Positions 9,563 through 18,043 of a stretch of DNA of 53,934 nt are shown in pieces. Made by a program: the position numbers and the translations under genes. Source of the DNA: an uncultured euryarchaeote (lineage in GTDB: Archaea > Thermoplasmatota > Thermoplasmata > UBA10834); NCBI GenBank assembly GCA_937872085.1, contig CALMQK010000363.1, positions 1 to 53,934 of the forward strand, in the 5' to 3' direction. Under the pieces are notes generated by a model that saw only the letters and a program-made list of their open reading frames with translations, did not search any database and was not told the origin of the DNA. Each line of letters starts with the position of its first letter. The first letter of the stretch is position 1.

Positions 9563-9606
9563 AAAGTTAGATAGCGGCGCGGTGTTCGCAAATTGGAGGT
9601 CCTGAG

Positions 9607-9909
9607 ATGGCCGTCGATCCTGAGAAAGCCGTCGTGCTCTACCCCGCATACTTCGAGCTCAAGATCAGCAGGGGTGAGGGGCGCATGGTCGCCAAGAAGA
9701 ATGCCGTCGAGGGCCCGAGCGCTCAGATGATATACGAAGCGGTCAAGTCGCTGGGGCTCGACTGCATCCTCGAGCTGGAGAAGTCCTATCCCAGGTTCTG
9801 GTACAAGTCGAATGGGAGGGTGCTCGTCGAGCCCAAGCTGAAGAAGCATGACTTGATGGAGAAGGTGGCTCTCAAGCTGAAGACCATGCCGAAACCGAAG
9901 CCTGAGTGA
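9607..9909 (+). CDS. srp19: Signal recognition particle protein SRP19
   Basis: VLYPAYFELKISRGEGRMV and the ~100-aa length are typical of archaeal SRP19. Confidence 0.9.
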   Translation: MAVDPEKAVVLYPAYFELKISRGEGRMVAKKNAVEGPSAQMIYEAVKSLGLDCILELEKSYPRFWYKSNGRVLVEPKLKKHDLMEKVALKLKTMPKPKPE

Positions 9910-9910
9910 A

Positions 9911-10201
9911 TCATCTGTCCTGAGGCGTCTCCACTTCCTCGACGAGTTTCTTGCCCGCGGAGACGCTGTCCAACGAGTGTATGACTGCTCCGCAATCAGA
10001 GATCGTCTCCTCGACGCTCTCAAAATCGATTGAGGTCCCCTCTATCGTTATCTTCACGCTCTCCGTCTCACGGTCGACCTCTTCCAGAGTGCAGTTGACC
10101 CCGGAAACGCCGTTCAGTACCCCGAGCCTGCGGGATAGCTCGATGATGGTCGGGTGGTGAGGCTTCAGGACATCCAAAACAAGCCGCTTGATCTCACTCA
10201 C
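9911..10201 (-). CDS. DUF211-family small protein
   Basis: IKRLVLDVLKPHHPTIIELSRRL...VKITIEGTSIDFESVEETI matches the conserved archaeal DUF211 (COG1888) pattern. Confidence 0.75.
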   Translation of the reverse strand: MSEIKRLVLDVLKPHHPTIIELSRRLGVLNGVSGVNCTLEEVDRETESVKITIEGTSIDFESVEETISDCGAVIHSLDSVSAGKKLVEEVETPQDR

Positions 10202-10346
10202 TTACTTGATCCCTGCCGATATCGATGTCTAAGAGGTCTGTCTATTTATTTCTTTTCTAAGTCACCGCCCCATTTTTCGTCACGCTGGCCATCGCCAGGA
10301 ACCGCGCGCTCGTCAGGTTTAAGAGCGCTCTTGACAATCCGAAGCC

Positions 10347-11780
10347 GTGGCTAGGCCTGCGATACCATCGGAGGAAGTGAAGGTCCTTGACATCAACGCA
10401 TCCTATCTCGGCGTGAGGACGATCGCGCTGATGGAGCGAGCAGGGCAGTCGGTGGCCAGATACATCCTCAGCATCTCCAAACCTGACTGGAAGGTCGCCG
10501 TCGTTTGCGGCAAGGGGAACAACGGTGGAGATGGATTCGTCGCAGCTAGGCACATCGCTCAATCCTTGCACACCGATGTCTTCCCTGCCGAATCGGAGAT
10601 ATCGAGCGACATCGCGCGGTACAACCTCGAATTGGTGAAGGATCTCGTCAAACAAACCCAGTCCTTCGAACCGAAACGATACGATGTCATCGTGGATGCG
10701 ATGCTCGGGGTCGGGATTCAAGGAAGGCCGCACGACCCGTACCCGAAGCTGATCAGGGCACTGAATGAGTCGAAGCGGATGGTCGTCTCGGTGGACGTCC
10801 CGTCGGGATGGCCCTCTGACCTGCAAGTGAGACCAGAGGTGACACTCACCCTCCACGCTCCGAAGGTGGGCATGACGAAGCATAATTCGGGGAAGATCGT
10901 CGTCGAGGACATCGGGATACCTCCCGAGGCAGAACTCTACTGCGGGCCAGGTGATTTCTCCTTGCTTCCGAAAAGGAAGAAGGATGCGCACAAGGGCGAT
11001 GCGGGAAGAGTCCTTGTCATCGGTGGCGGGCCATACACGGGCGCTCCAGCATTCACTGGCATGGCCGCGATGAGGTCCGGGGCGGACCTCGCGTTCGTCT
11101 TCACACCGGAGCCTACGGCATTGCCAGTATCGATCTACTCGCCGAACATCATAGTACGAGCGCTCGACGGGGAGATACTCATGACGGACCACGTTGCGCA
11201 GTTGGTGGCGTTCTCGGCCGGGGTGGATGTCATCGCGATCGGGCCTGGGTTGGGGAACGATCCAGAGACCATCCAATCCGTCCAGGAGATAGTGCGGAGG
11301 TCGGACAAGCCACTCGTCATCGACGCGGATGCGATCGGCGCCTGTGGAGCAAGACCTTCGGTCCTCAGGGGGAAGACCGGTGTCATCACGCCCCATGCGG
11401 GGGAGTTCAAGAAACTTACCGGAAAGACGCCTCCCACTGACGATCTCACGAAGAGGTCAGCGGCGGTCAAGGAGGCGGCAGGAAAGCTTGGAATGACCAT
11501 CCTCCTGAAAGGGCCGACAGACGTCATCAGCGATGGGACATATGTCAAGCACAATAGAGTCCACAACGAAGCGATGACTGTGGGCGGCACGGGCGACGTC
11601 CTCACGGGGATCGTGGCCGGTCTTCTTGGGCAAAAGGCGAGCCCGTTTGCAGCGGCGAGGATGGGGGCTTTCACCTGTGGCCTTGCCGGCAACCTTGTTT
11701 TCGAGGAGAAGAGCTATGGACTGCTGGCGACGGACATCATCGAGAAGATACCGTTGGTCCTGCGTAGACATCTGTCATAG
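10347..11780 (+). CDS. nnr: Bifunctional NAD(P)H-hydrate repair enzyme Nnr (YjeF_N epimerase + YjeF_C dehydratase)
   Basis: N-terminal GKGNNGGDGFVAARH and C-terminal HKGDAGRVLVIGGG...GGTGDVLTGIVAG motifs. GTG start. Confidence 0.9.
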   Translation: MARPAIPSEEVKVLDINASYLGVRTIALMERAGQSVARYILSISKPDWKVAVVCGKGNNGGDGFVAARHIAQSLHTDVFPAESEISSDIARYNLELVKDLVKQTQSFEPKRYDVIVDAMLGVGIQGRPHDPYPKLIRALNESKRMVVSVDVPSGWPSDLQVRPEVTLTLHAPKVGMTKHNSGKIVVEDIGIPPEAELYCGPGDFSLLPKRKKDAHKGDAGRVLVIGGGPYTGAPAFTGMAAMRSGADLAFVFTPEPTALPVSIYSPNIIVRALDGEILMTDHVAQLVAFSAGVDVIAIGPGLGNDPETIQSVQEIVRRSDKPLVIDADAIGACGARPSVLRGKTGVITPHAGEFKKLTGKTPPTDDLTKRSAAVKEAAGKLGMTILLKGPTDVISDGTYVKHNRVHNEAMTVGGTGDVLTGIVAGLLGQKASPFAAARMGAFTCGLAGNLVFEEKSYGLLATDIIEKIPLVLRRHLS

Positions 11781-11813
11781 TACGGAGCCACGTTCTGACC
11801 AGGGAGCTTACAC

Positions 11814-12494
11814 ATGAGGCTAGCCATACTCTCGGACATCCATTCAAACATCCATGCGCTCAAAGCCGTGGAGACCGAGCTCAAAGGCCGAGGGGGCGCC
11901 GATGTTGTCGTTTGCGCAGGAGACACCGTGGGTTACGGCGCATTCCCGAACGAATGCTGCAGGGCGATGAGTTCAATCTCGAAGCCGACCGCACTCGGGA
12001 ACCACGATCGGGCAGTGCTGGACCAGGACTCATCTTTCATGAATCCATATGCTGCGCAGGCCGTCCTGTGGACTTCGTCGCGCCTGGATGATGATTCGAG
12101 GAGATGGCTGCAGTCATTGAGTACGGAAGCGAGGTTCAAGGTCGCGGGACTGGAGGTGGCGATGTACCACGGCTCAGTCGAGAGTTGCACCGAGTATGTG
12201 TTCGAGGAGGACGCGACCGAGTCGATGCTCGCGAGAGCGCGATGCGGGCTCCTGATTCTCGGCCACACGCATGCCCCGTATGTGAGGAGGTTCCCAGCCG
12301 GACTCATCGTCAACCCTGGATCTGTTGGGCAACCGAGGGACGGGGATCCCAGATCCAGCTACGCTCTTCTCGACACGGACTCCCAGGAATGCGAGATAGT
12401 CAGACTGGACTACGATATCGACAAGGCGGCGAACGCGATCCAATCCGCAGGTCTGCCCAGGTTCCTGGGCGATAGACTCTCCCTTGGGAGATGA
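11814..12494 (+). CDS. Metallophosphoesterase, YfcE/MJ0936-like
   Basis: Motifs ILSDIHSN, AGDTVGYG, GNHD, LGHTH. Confidence 0.85.
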   Translation: MRLAILSDIHSNIHALKAVETELKGRGGADVVVCAGDTVGYGAFPNECCRAMSSISKPTALGNHDRAVLDQDSSFMNPYAAQAVLWTSSRLDDDSRRWLQSLSTEARFKVAGLEVAMYHGSVESCTEYVFEEDATESMLARARCGLLILGHTHAPYVRRFPAGLIVNPGSVGQPRDGDPRSSYALLDTDSQECEIVRLDYDIDKAANAIQSAGLPRFLGDRLSLGR

Positions 12495-12527
12495 AGCGGC
12501 AATTATATCCGCCTCGGCATTGTACGA

Positions 12528-13307
12528 GTGGCCATGGATATGGAGCCCGTACCAGACGTGCCCGCTTTGGTCATAAGAGGCAACAAGAAATGGCTGTGCG
12601 TCTCGGACCTCCATCTCGGGATAGAAGTGCAGCTCAGACATGCAGGTTTCAACATCCCGTCCCAGGCTCCGAAGATGCTCTCCAGCCTTGAGGCCCTGAC
12701 GGCATTCGCGGACAACCTGCTCATCCTGGGGGATGTGAAGCACCGGATCCCATCTGTGAGCTACCGCGAGGACAGGGAGATCCCGCCGATACTCGAGAAG
12801 CTCATGAATCGCTACAAGCAGGTCGTGATCGTCGCGGGCAACCATGATGGAGGGCTCGATGCGATCCTGCCTCCTGGAGTGAAAGCCGTTTCGGGGGCAG
12901 GCATCAGGATTGAGAACGCTGGGGCTTTCCACGGACATATCTGGCCATCCCACGAGGTCATGGAGGGTGACATGCTCGTGATGGGGCACATCCATCCTTC
13001 AGTCGTGCTCGCCGATTCCTTGGGGACCAGGAGCAACGAGAAGTGCTGGCTGAAGGGGAAGCTGAAGCCCAAGAAGGTGCTGGAGAGATACGACCACTGT
13101 CCAAAGGAGTTCATCATCGTCCCGGCATTCAACCCGTTGCTCACAGGTACCCCAGTCAACTCGACCACGGGCTCGAAATTCGGACCACTCTTCAGGAACG
13201 ACCTCGTGGATTCGAGAGATCTTGAGGCGTACCTCCTCGATGGCACCAATCTCGGCGTGCCTGCCCGAGTGAAGATGCGCGCGTGGCCAGAGAAGGACGA
13301 AGTCTGA
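12528..13307 (+). CDS. Metallophosphoesterase, MJ0037-like
   Basis: Motifs VSDLHLG, LGDVKH, AGNHDG, HGH, GHIHP. GTG at 12528 or ATG at 12534. Confidence 0.85.
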   Translation: MAMDMEPVPDVPALVIRGNKKWLCVSDLHLGIEVQLRHAGFNIPSQAPKMLSSLEALTAFADNLLILGDVKHRIPSVSYREDREIPPILEKLMNRYKQVVIVAGNHDGGLDAILPPGVKAVSGAGIRIENAGAFHGHIWPSHEVMEGDMLVMGHIHPSVVLADSLGTRSNEKCWLKGKLKPKKVLERYDHCPKEFIIVPAFNPLLTGTPVNSTTGSKFGPLFRNDLVDSRDLEAYLLDGTNLGVPARVKMRAWPEKDEV

Positions 13308-13943
13308 TTACTTTTTCTGCCTATCGAAGAAGATGTTCTTTCCGGTCGCGGACAGTGGGATCCCGTGGCTCATGTTCGCCTGGCCGAGCCCGAGCCGTCT
13401 GGCAGCCACGCCGATCCTGTACATGATCCGGTTGTCGATGTTGAACTCTCCCGCCTGCTTCGCGGCGGATCCGAGTGCTATCCCGAGGTCCAGGGCTCGG
13501 ACCACGCAGTTCGGCCCCTTGAAATCCCCCGAGGACGACTTCTCGTTGAACTCCTTGCAGGTCCCGTAACCGCATGCTCCACAGTTGAGCCCGACGCCCT
13601 TGTGCGGAAGCAGGCCGATGAGGACGACAGCGTCCGAGTCCAGCACGTTCTGGCCATCGCGCTCGAACCCATATGTCCCACGCTCCTTCCCTATTCTGAT
13701 CATGTCGTTACCGAGCGCGACGCGCTCTGAATCAGACAGCAGCGCGACCTCGATGAAGTCCTCTCCGGCCGCCTTTGGAGCGGTCCTAGCGGAAACCTCC
13801 ATCAACTCCCCGACGAACCTCACGGTGTCCTTCATGGCCATGGCCCACGACAACGCGTACTCGACTTTTATATCCGCGGACGGCATCCGCGTATGTCGGA
13901 GCGAAGTGGCGATGTCGATCTCCCCCATTTGTGCATCCATCAT
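13308..13943 (-). CDS. DUF2148-type ferredoxin-domain protein
   Basis: The C-terminal GLNCGACGYGTCKEF...GPNCVVRALDLGIALGSA block is typical of DUF2148. Start placed at the internal Met (MMDAQMGE); the upstream 80 codons of the ORF look non-coding. Confidence 0.75.
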   Translation of the reverse strand: MMDAQMGEIDIATSLRHTRMPSADIKVEYALSWAMAMKDTVRFVGELMEVSARTAPKAAGEDFIEVALLSDSERVALGNDMIRIGKERGTYGFERDGQNVLDSDAVVLIGLLPHKGVGLNCGACGYGTCKEFNEKSSSGDFKGPNCVVRALDLGIALGSAAKQAGEFNIDNRIMYRIGVAARRLGLGQANMSHGIPLSATGKNIFFDRQKK

Positions 13944-13980
13944 CCTTCTCGCAGCCCAGCGCGGGCCGCGGCTTATCAAG

Positions 13981-14922
13981 GTGCCGAAAGGCCTGAAACG
14001 CCGGGCGGGAACGCGGAAGGTACAGGTGAGGACCCGTCCGCAGGTCAAGGCGGTAAGGGTCAAGGGCCAGCTGAAGTGCGACATCTGCCTGGGAATGATC
14101 AAGAAGGAACTTCCGAGCGTGCTGTGCGGTTGCGGCAAGCAGTTCCACAACTCATGTGCGATGAGGGTCGGCTCATGCCCCATCTGCGGGAAGGAACTCG
14201 GCTACTCCGCACAGAAGCCGCACGTGATAGACTCGGAGATGCCCGTGCTGAGACCGATGCCCTTGACAAAGGAGGACAAGATGCTGCTCCTCGAGGAGAG
14301 GTTCCTCCTCGGCGAGGTGACCGAGAACACTTACCTCGCCCTGAAGGATCAAGTCCAGAAGGCGCCCGACGCATCCATGTTCTGCAGCATCTGTGGACGA
14401 AGGTTGCTTGATGGCGAGAGCTGCGACTGCACGCTCTATCGACGCTCCATCCAGTGCCCCGAGTGCGGAGAGAACCTCACGGACGAAGACCTCTTCTGCA
14501 GGAGATGCGGGGTCGTGTTCACCACGGATTTCTCGGAGGATCTGTTCCAATGTCCAGAGTGCGGCAGGATCGTCGCAGAGGGGGAGAGGTCATGTGGCTG
14601 CGGCGTCGTGCTCGTGGGCGAAGGGAACATGCTCTGTCCCAAATGCAACAAGGAGATACCCCAGGCCTCGCAGACGTGTGAATACTGCGGCGAATCCTTT
14701 GTAGAGCTGATCTCAGAGTGCCCGGCCTGCGGAAGAAGGGTCGACAAGGATGCGTTCGCTTGTCTGTGCGGAGTCATCTTTTCCGACAGAGTCGGGGGGG
14801 CAGAGTGCTCGGTCTGCGGGGCTAGGAGTGAGCTCCAGGACAAGTTCTGCCCGAAGTGCGGGGCGCGGTTCGCGGACGAGCCCAAGCTGCAGGGCAAAGT
14901 GGAGAGAAAAGTGAGAAGATAG
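13981..14922 (+). CDS. Multi-zinc-finger protein: N-terminal C4HC3 (RING-CH/PHD-like) finger, SHOCT-like helix pair, about six CxxC...CxxCG zinc ribbons
   Basis: CDIC-x12-CGC-x4-H-x2-C-x6-CPIC, then MLLLEERFLLGEVTENTYLALKDQV, then repeated CPECG...CRRCG type ribbons. Start uncertain: GTG 13981, GTG 14026 or ATG 13912. Confidence 0.7.
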   Translation: MPKGLKRRAGTRKVQVRTRPQVKAVRVKGQLKCDICLGMIKKELPSVLCGCGKQFHNSCAMRVGSCPICGKELGYSAQKPHVIDSEMPVLRPMPLTKEDKMLLLEERFLLGEVTENTYLALKDQVQKAPDASMFCSICGRRLLDGESCDCTLYRRSIQCPECGENLTDEDLFCRRCGVVFTTDFSEDLFQCPECGRIVAEGERSCGCGVVLVGEGNMLCPKCNKEIPQASQTCEYCGESFVELISECPACGRRVDKDAFACLCGVIFSDRVGGAECSVCGARSELQDKFCPKCGARFADEPKLQGKVERKVRR

Positions 14923-14939
14923 GCGGCGGTCAGGCCGCC
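14922..14939. terminator. GC hairpin between convergent genes (possible bidirectional terminator)
   Basis: ggcggc-ggtcag-gccgcc directly after the TAG of the zinc-finger gene, followed by a T-containing tract. Confidence 0.3.
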
Positions 14940-14964
14940 TATTGGATTGATTGAGGTTTGTGGC

Positions 14965-16158
14965 TCATCTGACGAAATCGATCGGCTCGTCGTTCCTGCC
15001 GTACGATTTGGAACCTGCCGCTGCCGGTCTCCTGGCATCGGACATGGCAGGTCGGCTCTCCTGCCCGACGAACGAATCCGACTTGGCGCCCGTGACGATC
15101 AGTAGGATCTTCACCGTGCTCTCCAGAGCCGGGTCGATGCTGCATCCCCAGATGAGCCGGGCATGCTTCGCGACCCTCTGTCCCACGACCTCTGCAGCCC
15201 TCTGAGCCTCAGTGACCGTCATGTCCGGTCCACCGACAACCCTTATGAGTGCGCCCTTGGACTCCTTGAGGTCGATCTCACCCAAGAGTGGCGAGTTGAG
15301 GGCCTCCTCGATTGCCGCCTCGACTCTGGTCTCCGGGTCGGCCTCATCGGATTCGCCGATACCGACGAATGCGACTCCGCCCTCGTTCATGACCGTCATG
15401 ATGTCGCTGTAGTCCAAGTTAACCAAGCCGGGCTTGGTGATGATCTCGGTCAGGCCTCTGATGGTCTGCATCAAGACTTCGTCCGCAACCTTGAACGCGG
15501 CGTCCACTGGGAGCTTCGGAACGAGTTCAAGGAGCTTGTCGTTGGGGATCACGATGGTCGTGTCGCACAGCCTCCTCAATCTCTCGAGTCCGTCTAGGGC
15601 GTTCTCCATCCTTACTTCGCCCTCCGCCTTGAACGGCAATGTGACGACGCCGATCGTAAGAGCCTTTCCTTCCTTCGCGAGCCTGGCAGCGAAGTGCGCG
15701 GAACCGGTTCCGGTGCCGCCTCCCATGCCAGCGGTGACGAAGACTATGTTGGATCCCTGAAGGAAATCCCTGATCTCCCTCTCGTTCTCCTTGGCCGCGG
15801 CCTCGCCCACCTGCGGTATGGCCCCCGCGCCGAGACCCCGCGTGATGTTCTTTCCTATCAGGATCTTCTTCGGAGAGTGGATCGAGAGCAAATGCTTCGC
15901 ATCCGTGTTTATCGCGCATAGCTGAGCGCCTGATACGCCGGCCTCGACACATCTGTTGATGGTGTTGGAACCAGCACCGCCGCAACCGATGATCTTTATG
16001 CTGACATCAAGCTGCGCCGCGATCTTTGCTATCTCCTCGTCATCCGCGGTAGGGGCAGCAGGTGGTGTGACCTGTACCTGTGCGGGCTGAGGGGAAGACT
16101 TTTCGTTCAGTTCATCTACGTCTTTTCCCAATGCTTCTTTAACAAGACTCTTCGGCAT
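14965..16158 (-). CDS. ftsZ: Cell division GTPase FtsZ (paralog A)
   Basis: GCGGAGSNTINR, tubulin signature GMGGGTGTGSA, T7 loop NLDYSD, C-terminal peptide IDFVR. Confidence 0.95.
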   Translation of the reverse strand: MPKSLVKEALGKDVDELNEKSSPQPAQVQVTPPAAPTADDEEIAKIAAQLDVSIKIIGCGGAGSNTINRCVEAGVSGAQLCAINTDAKHLLSIHSPKKILIGKNITRGLGAGAIPQVGEAAAKENEREIRDFLQGSNIVFVTAGMGGGTGTGSAHFAARLAKEGKALTIGVVTLPFKAEGEVRMENALDGLERLRRLCDTTIVIPNDKLLELVPKLPVDAAFKVADEVLMQTIRGLTEIITKPGLVNLDYSDIMTVMNEGGVAFVGIGESDEADPETRVEAAIEEALNSPLLGEIDLKESKGALIRVVGGPDMTVTEAQRAAEVVGQRVAKHARLIWGCSIDPALESTVKILLIVTGAKSDSFVGQESRPAMSDARRPAAAGSKSYGRNDEPIDFVR

Positions 16159-16198
16159 GTGTGCACCCCTAGACTATGTAAGTAATCAGGAACCGCCG

Positions 16199-16209
16199 AT
16201 ATAAATATT
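16199..16209 (-). promoter_or_regulatory. TATA-like box for ftsZ paralog A
   Basis: atataaatatt centred about 46 nt upstream of the ATG at 16158. Confidence 0.45.
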
Positions 16210-16407
16210 GCTAAGACGAAGAAAAGCCAGTATCTTGGAGTTTCCTTTCCTTCGGAAAGGAGAGACTCAAACATGCAAACGCACAGGGACATCAAGACTA
16301 GTCGCTCCTCTTCGCTCGTCACGGTTTCGTCGAGCAATCATCCGCACGCTGAGCTCACATATGCCTGGAATTCAAACAATCCACGAGGAGATTGCCTGGC
16401 GTGACTC

Positions 16408-16415
16408 TTTTATAT
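16408..16415 (+). promoter_or_regulatory. TATA-like box for ftsZ paralog B
   Basis: ttttatat about 50 nt upstream of the ATG at 16462. Confidence 0.45.
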
Positions 16416-16461
16416 CTTCAATTCAAATACCTACGTGCAAACAACTTGCAGATGGGATGAT

Positions 16462-17568
16462 ATGAAATCGCTTATTGATGATGCTCTCGAACAGCATGAG
16501 CTACAGAAGATCGCAAAGGTAGATTTGGGTACGCCAGACGATGACGAGTTGGCGAAGATCGTCGAGAAACTCAAGGTCCAGATTGCCATAATAGGATGTG
16601 GTGGCGGAGGTTCCAATACGGTGAACCGACTGAGCCAGTCTGGAGTATTTGGGGCAGAGCTCGTCGCGGCGAACAGCGATGCGAAGCATCTGCTCAATGT
16701 CCACTCCCCTCACAAGGTACTCCTCGGACGTTCGACCACCCGCGGCCTCGGAGCGGGGGCACTCCCTGAGATCGGCGAGCGCGCAGCTCAGGAGGCAGTC
16801 GACGAGCTGAAGGGTTACGTCAAGACCGCGAACATCGTCTTCGTGACGGCGGGGATGGGTGGAGGCACTGGAACAGGATCGGCCCCGGTGGTCGCGAGGC
16901 TTGCTCGAGAATCGGGAGCGCTCGTCATAGGCGTCGTGACGCTTCCTTTCAAGGCCGAAGGTAAGCTGAGGATGGACAACGCCTTGAAGGGACTCGAGAA
17001 ACTCAGGATGAACTGCGATACATGTGCGGTCGTGTCGAATGACAAACTGCTCGAGCTGGTCCCGAAGCTACCACTCGATGCGGCATTCAGGGTTGCTGAT
17101 GAAGTCCTGATGGAGTCCATAAAGGGCTTGACGGAGATCATCACGCGGCCGGGTCTGGTCAACCTCGACTTCAACGACGTGATGACGATCATGAAGAACG
17201 GTGGAGTCGCGATGATCGGCATGGGCGAGGCCGACAACAAGAGCGCGAGAGGTGACAGGATAGAATCCGCAGTCGGACAGGCACTTGAATCGCCGTTGCT
17301 CGGGGAGATCGACCTGACGACGGCACGAGGGGCTCTCATCAGGGTCACGGGCGGCAACGACATGACCATCACCGAAGCGGAGAAGGCGGCAGAGCTCGTC
17401 ACCGCGAGGATCAGTCCCTCGGCAAGAGTGATCTGGGGCTGCAGCGTCGACCCCTCGCTGAACGGGATCGTCAGGGCGATGGTCGTGCTCACGGGCGTCA
17501 AGAGCGCCTTGATCCAGCAGGCCGACGACGCCCCCAAGAGCAAGCATGGAATGGACTTCGTCCGCTGA
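16462..17568 (+). CDS. ftsZ: Cell division GTPase FtsZ (paralog B)
   Basis: GCGGGGSNTVNR, GMGGGTGTGSA, NLDFND, C-terminal MDFVR. ATG at 16462 preferred over the GTG at 16435. Confidence 0.95.
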   Translation: MKSLIDDALEQHELQKIAKVDLGTPDDDELAKIVEKLKVQIAIIGCGGGGSNTVNRLSQSGVFGAELVAANSDAKHLLNVHSPHKVLLGRSTTRGLGAGALPEIGERAAQEAVDELKGYVKTANIVFVTAGMGGGTGTGSAPVVARLARESGALVIGVVTLPFKAEGKLRMDNALKGLEKLRMNCDTCAVVSNDKLLELVPKLPLDAAFRVADEVLMESIKGLTEIITRPGLVNLDFNDVMTIMKNGGVAMIGMGEADNKSARGDRIESAVGQALESPLLGEIDLTTARGALIRVTGGNDMTITEAEKAAELVTARISPSARVIWGCSVDPSLNGIVRAMVVLTGVKSALIQQADDAPKSKHGMDFVR

Positions 17569-17576
17569 GATGTCAC

Positions 17577-17891
17577 ATGCCGAAGAAGAGGCCTGGCGAG
17601 AGATGGAGATACATCGCCTTCAAGATCGACGGCGCCGAATCTCTCTCAAGGAACGATTTCCTCGACGCGATGCTATTCACTTCGAGGAAGAGCCCATTGG
17701 GCGATTCGTTCAGGATCACGGTCTTCGAGAACAACTTCGGGATCCTCAAGGTGCCCCACAGATTGAAGGACGAGGCGATCAAGGTCCTGGGCTCCGTGGA
17801 CTCCATTAGGGGCTCACCCAGCAAGGTCACGACCCTGAGGACGTCGGGTACGATCAAGACCCTGAAGACGAAGTACGAAGCGCTGATCTAG
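17577..17891 (+). CDS. rnp2: RNase P protein component 2 (Pop5/Rpp14)
   Basis: RWRYIAFKIDG...ILKVPHR pattern and its position at the head of the exosome superoperon, before psmA. Confidence 0.85.
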   Translation: MPKKRPGERWRYIAFKIDGAESLSRNDFLDAMLFTSRKSPLGDSFRITVFENNFGILKVPHRLKDEAIKVLGSVDSIRGSPSKVTTLRTSGTIKTLKTKYEALI

Positions 17892-17960
17892 CGGCCAGCG
17901 AACACCGTCCATGAGGGCTCATACATCACGGTTCGAGCTGAGGGCGATTCGCCGAAAACC

Positions 17961-17967
17961 TTTATAT
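17961..17967 (+). promoter_or_regulatory. TATA-like box upstream of psmA
   Basis: aaaacctttatatcg about 77 nt upstream of the ATG at 18044. Confidence 0.35.
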
Positions 17968-18043
17968 CGAGTTACCACCTTAGCCAGAATCCAGGTCATC
18001 AGCTAGGTAGCTGAAGTCATCATTGTCAGAGAGGTGTTCAACA

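Noticed and set aside
13585-13980. N-terminal 130 codons of the 445-aa ORF that ends in the zinc-finger protein.
   Set aside because: This part is antisense to the well-supported DUF2148 gene and has shadow-ORF composition. The recognisable protein begins just before the first CxxC, so a GTG at 13981 (or 14026) is preferred.
16116-16465. ORFs 16116-16337(-) and 16208-16465(+) in the ftsZ-ftsZ spacer as small protein genes.
   Set aside because: Both overlap the ftsZ starts or promoters and have no coding-like composition or motifs. The region is better explained as a divergent promoter/regulatory spacer.
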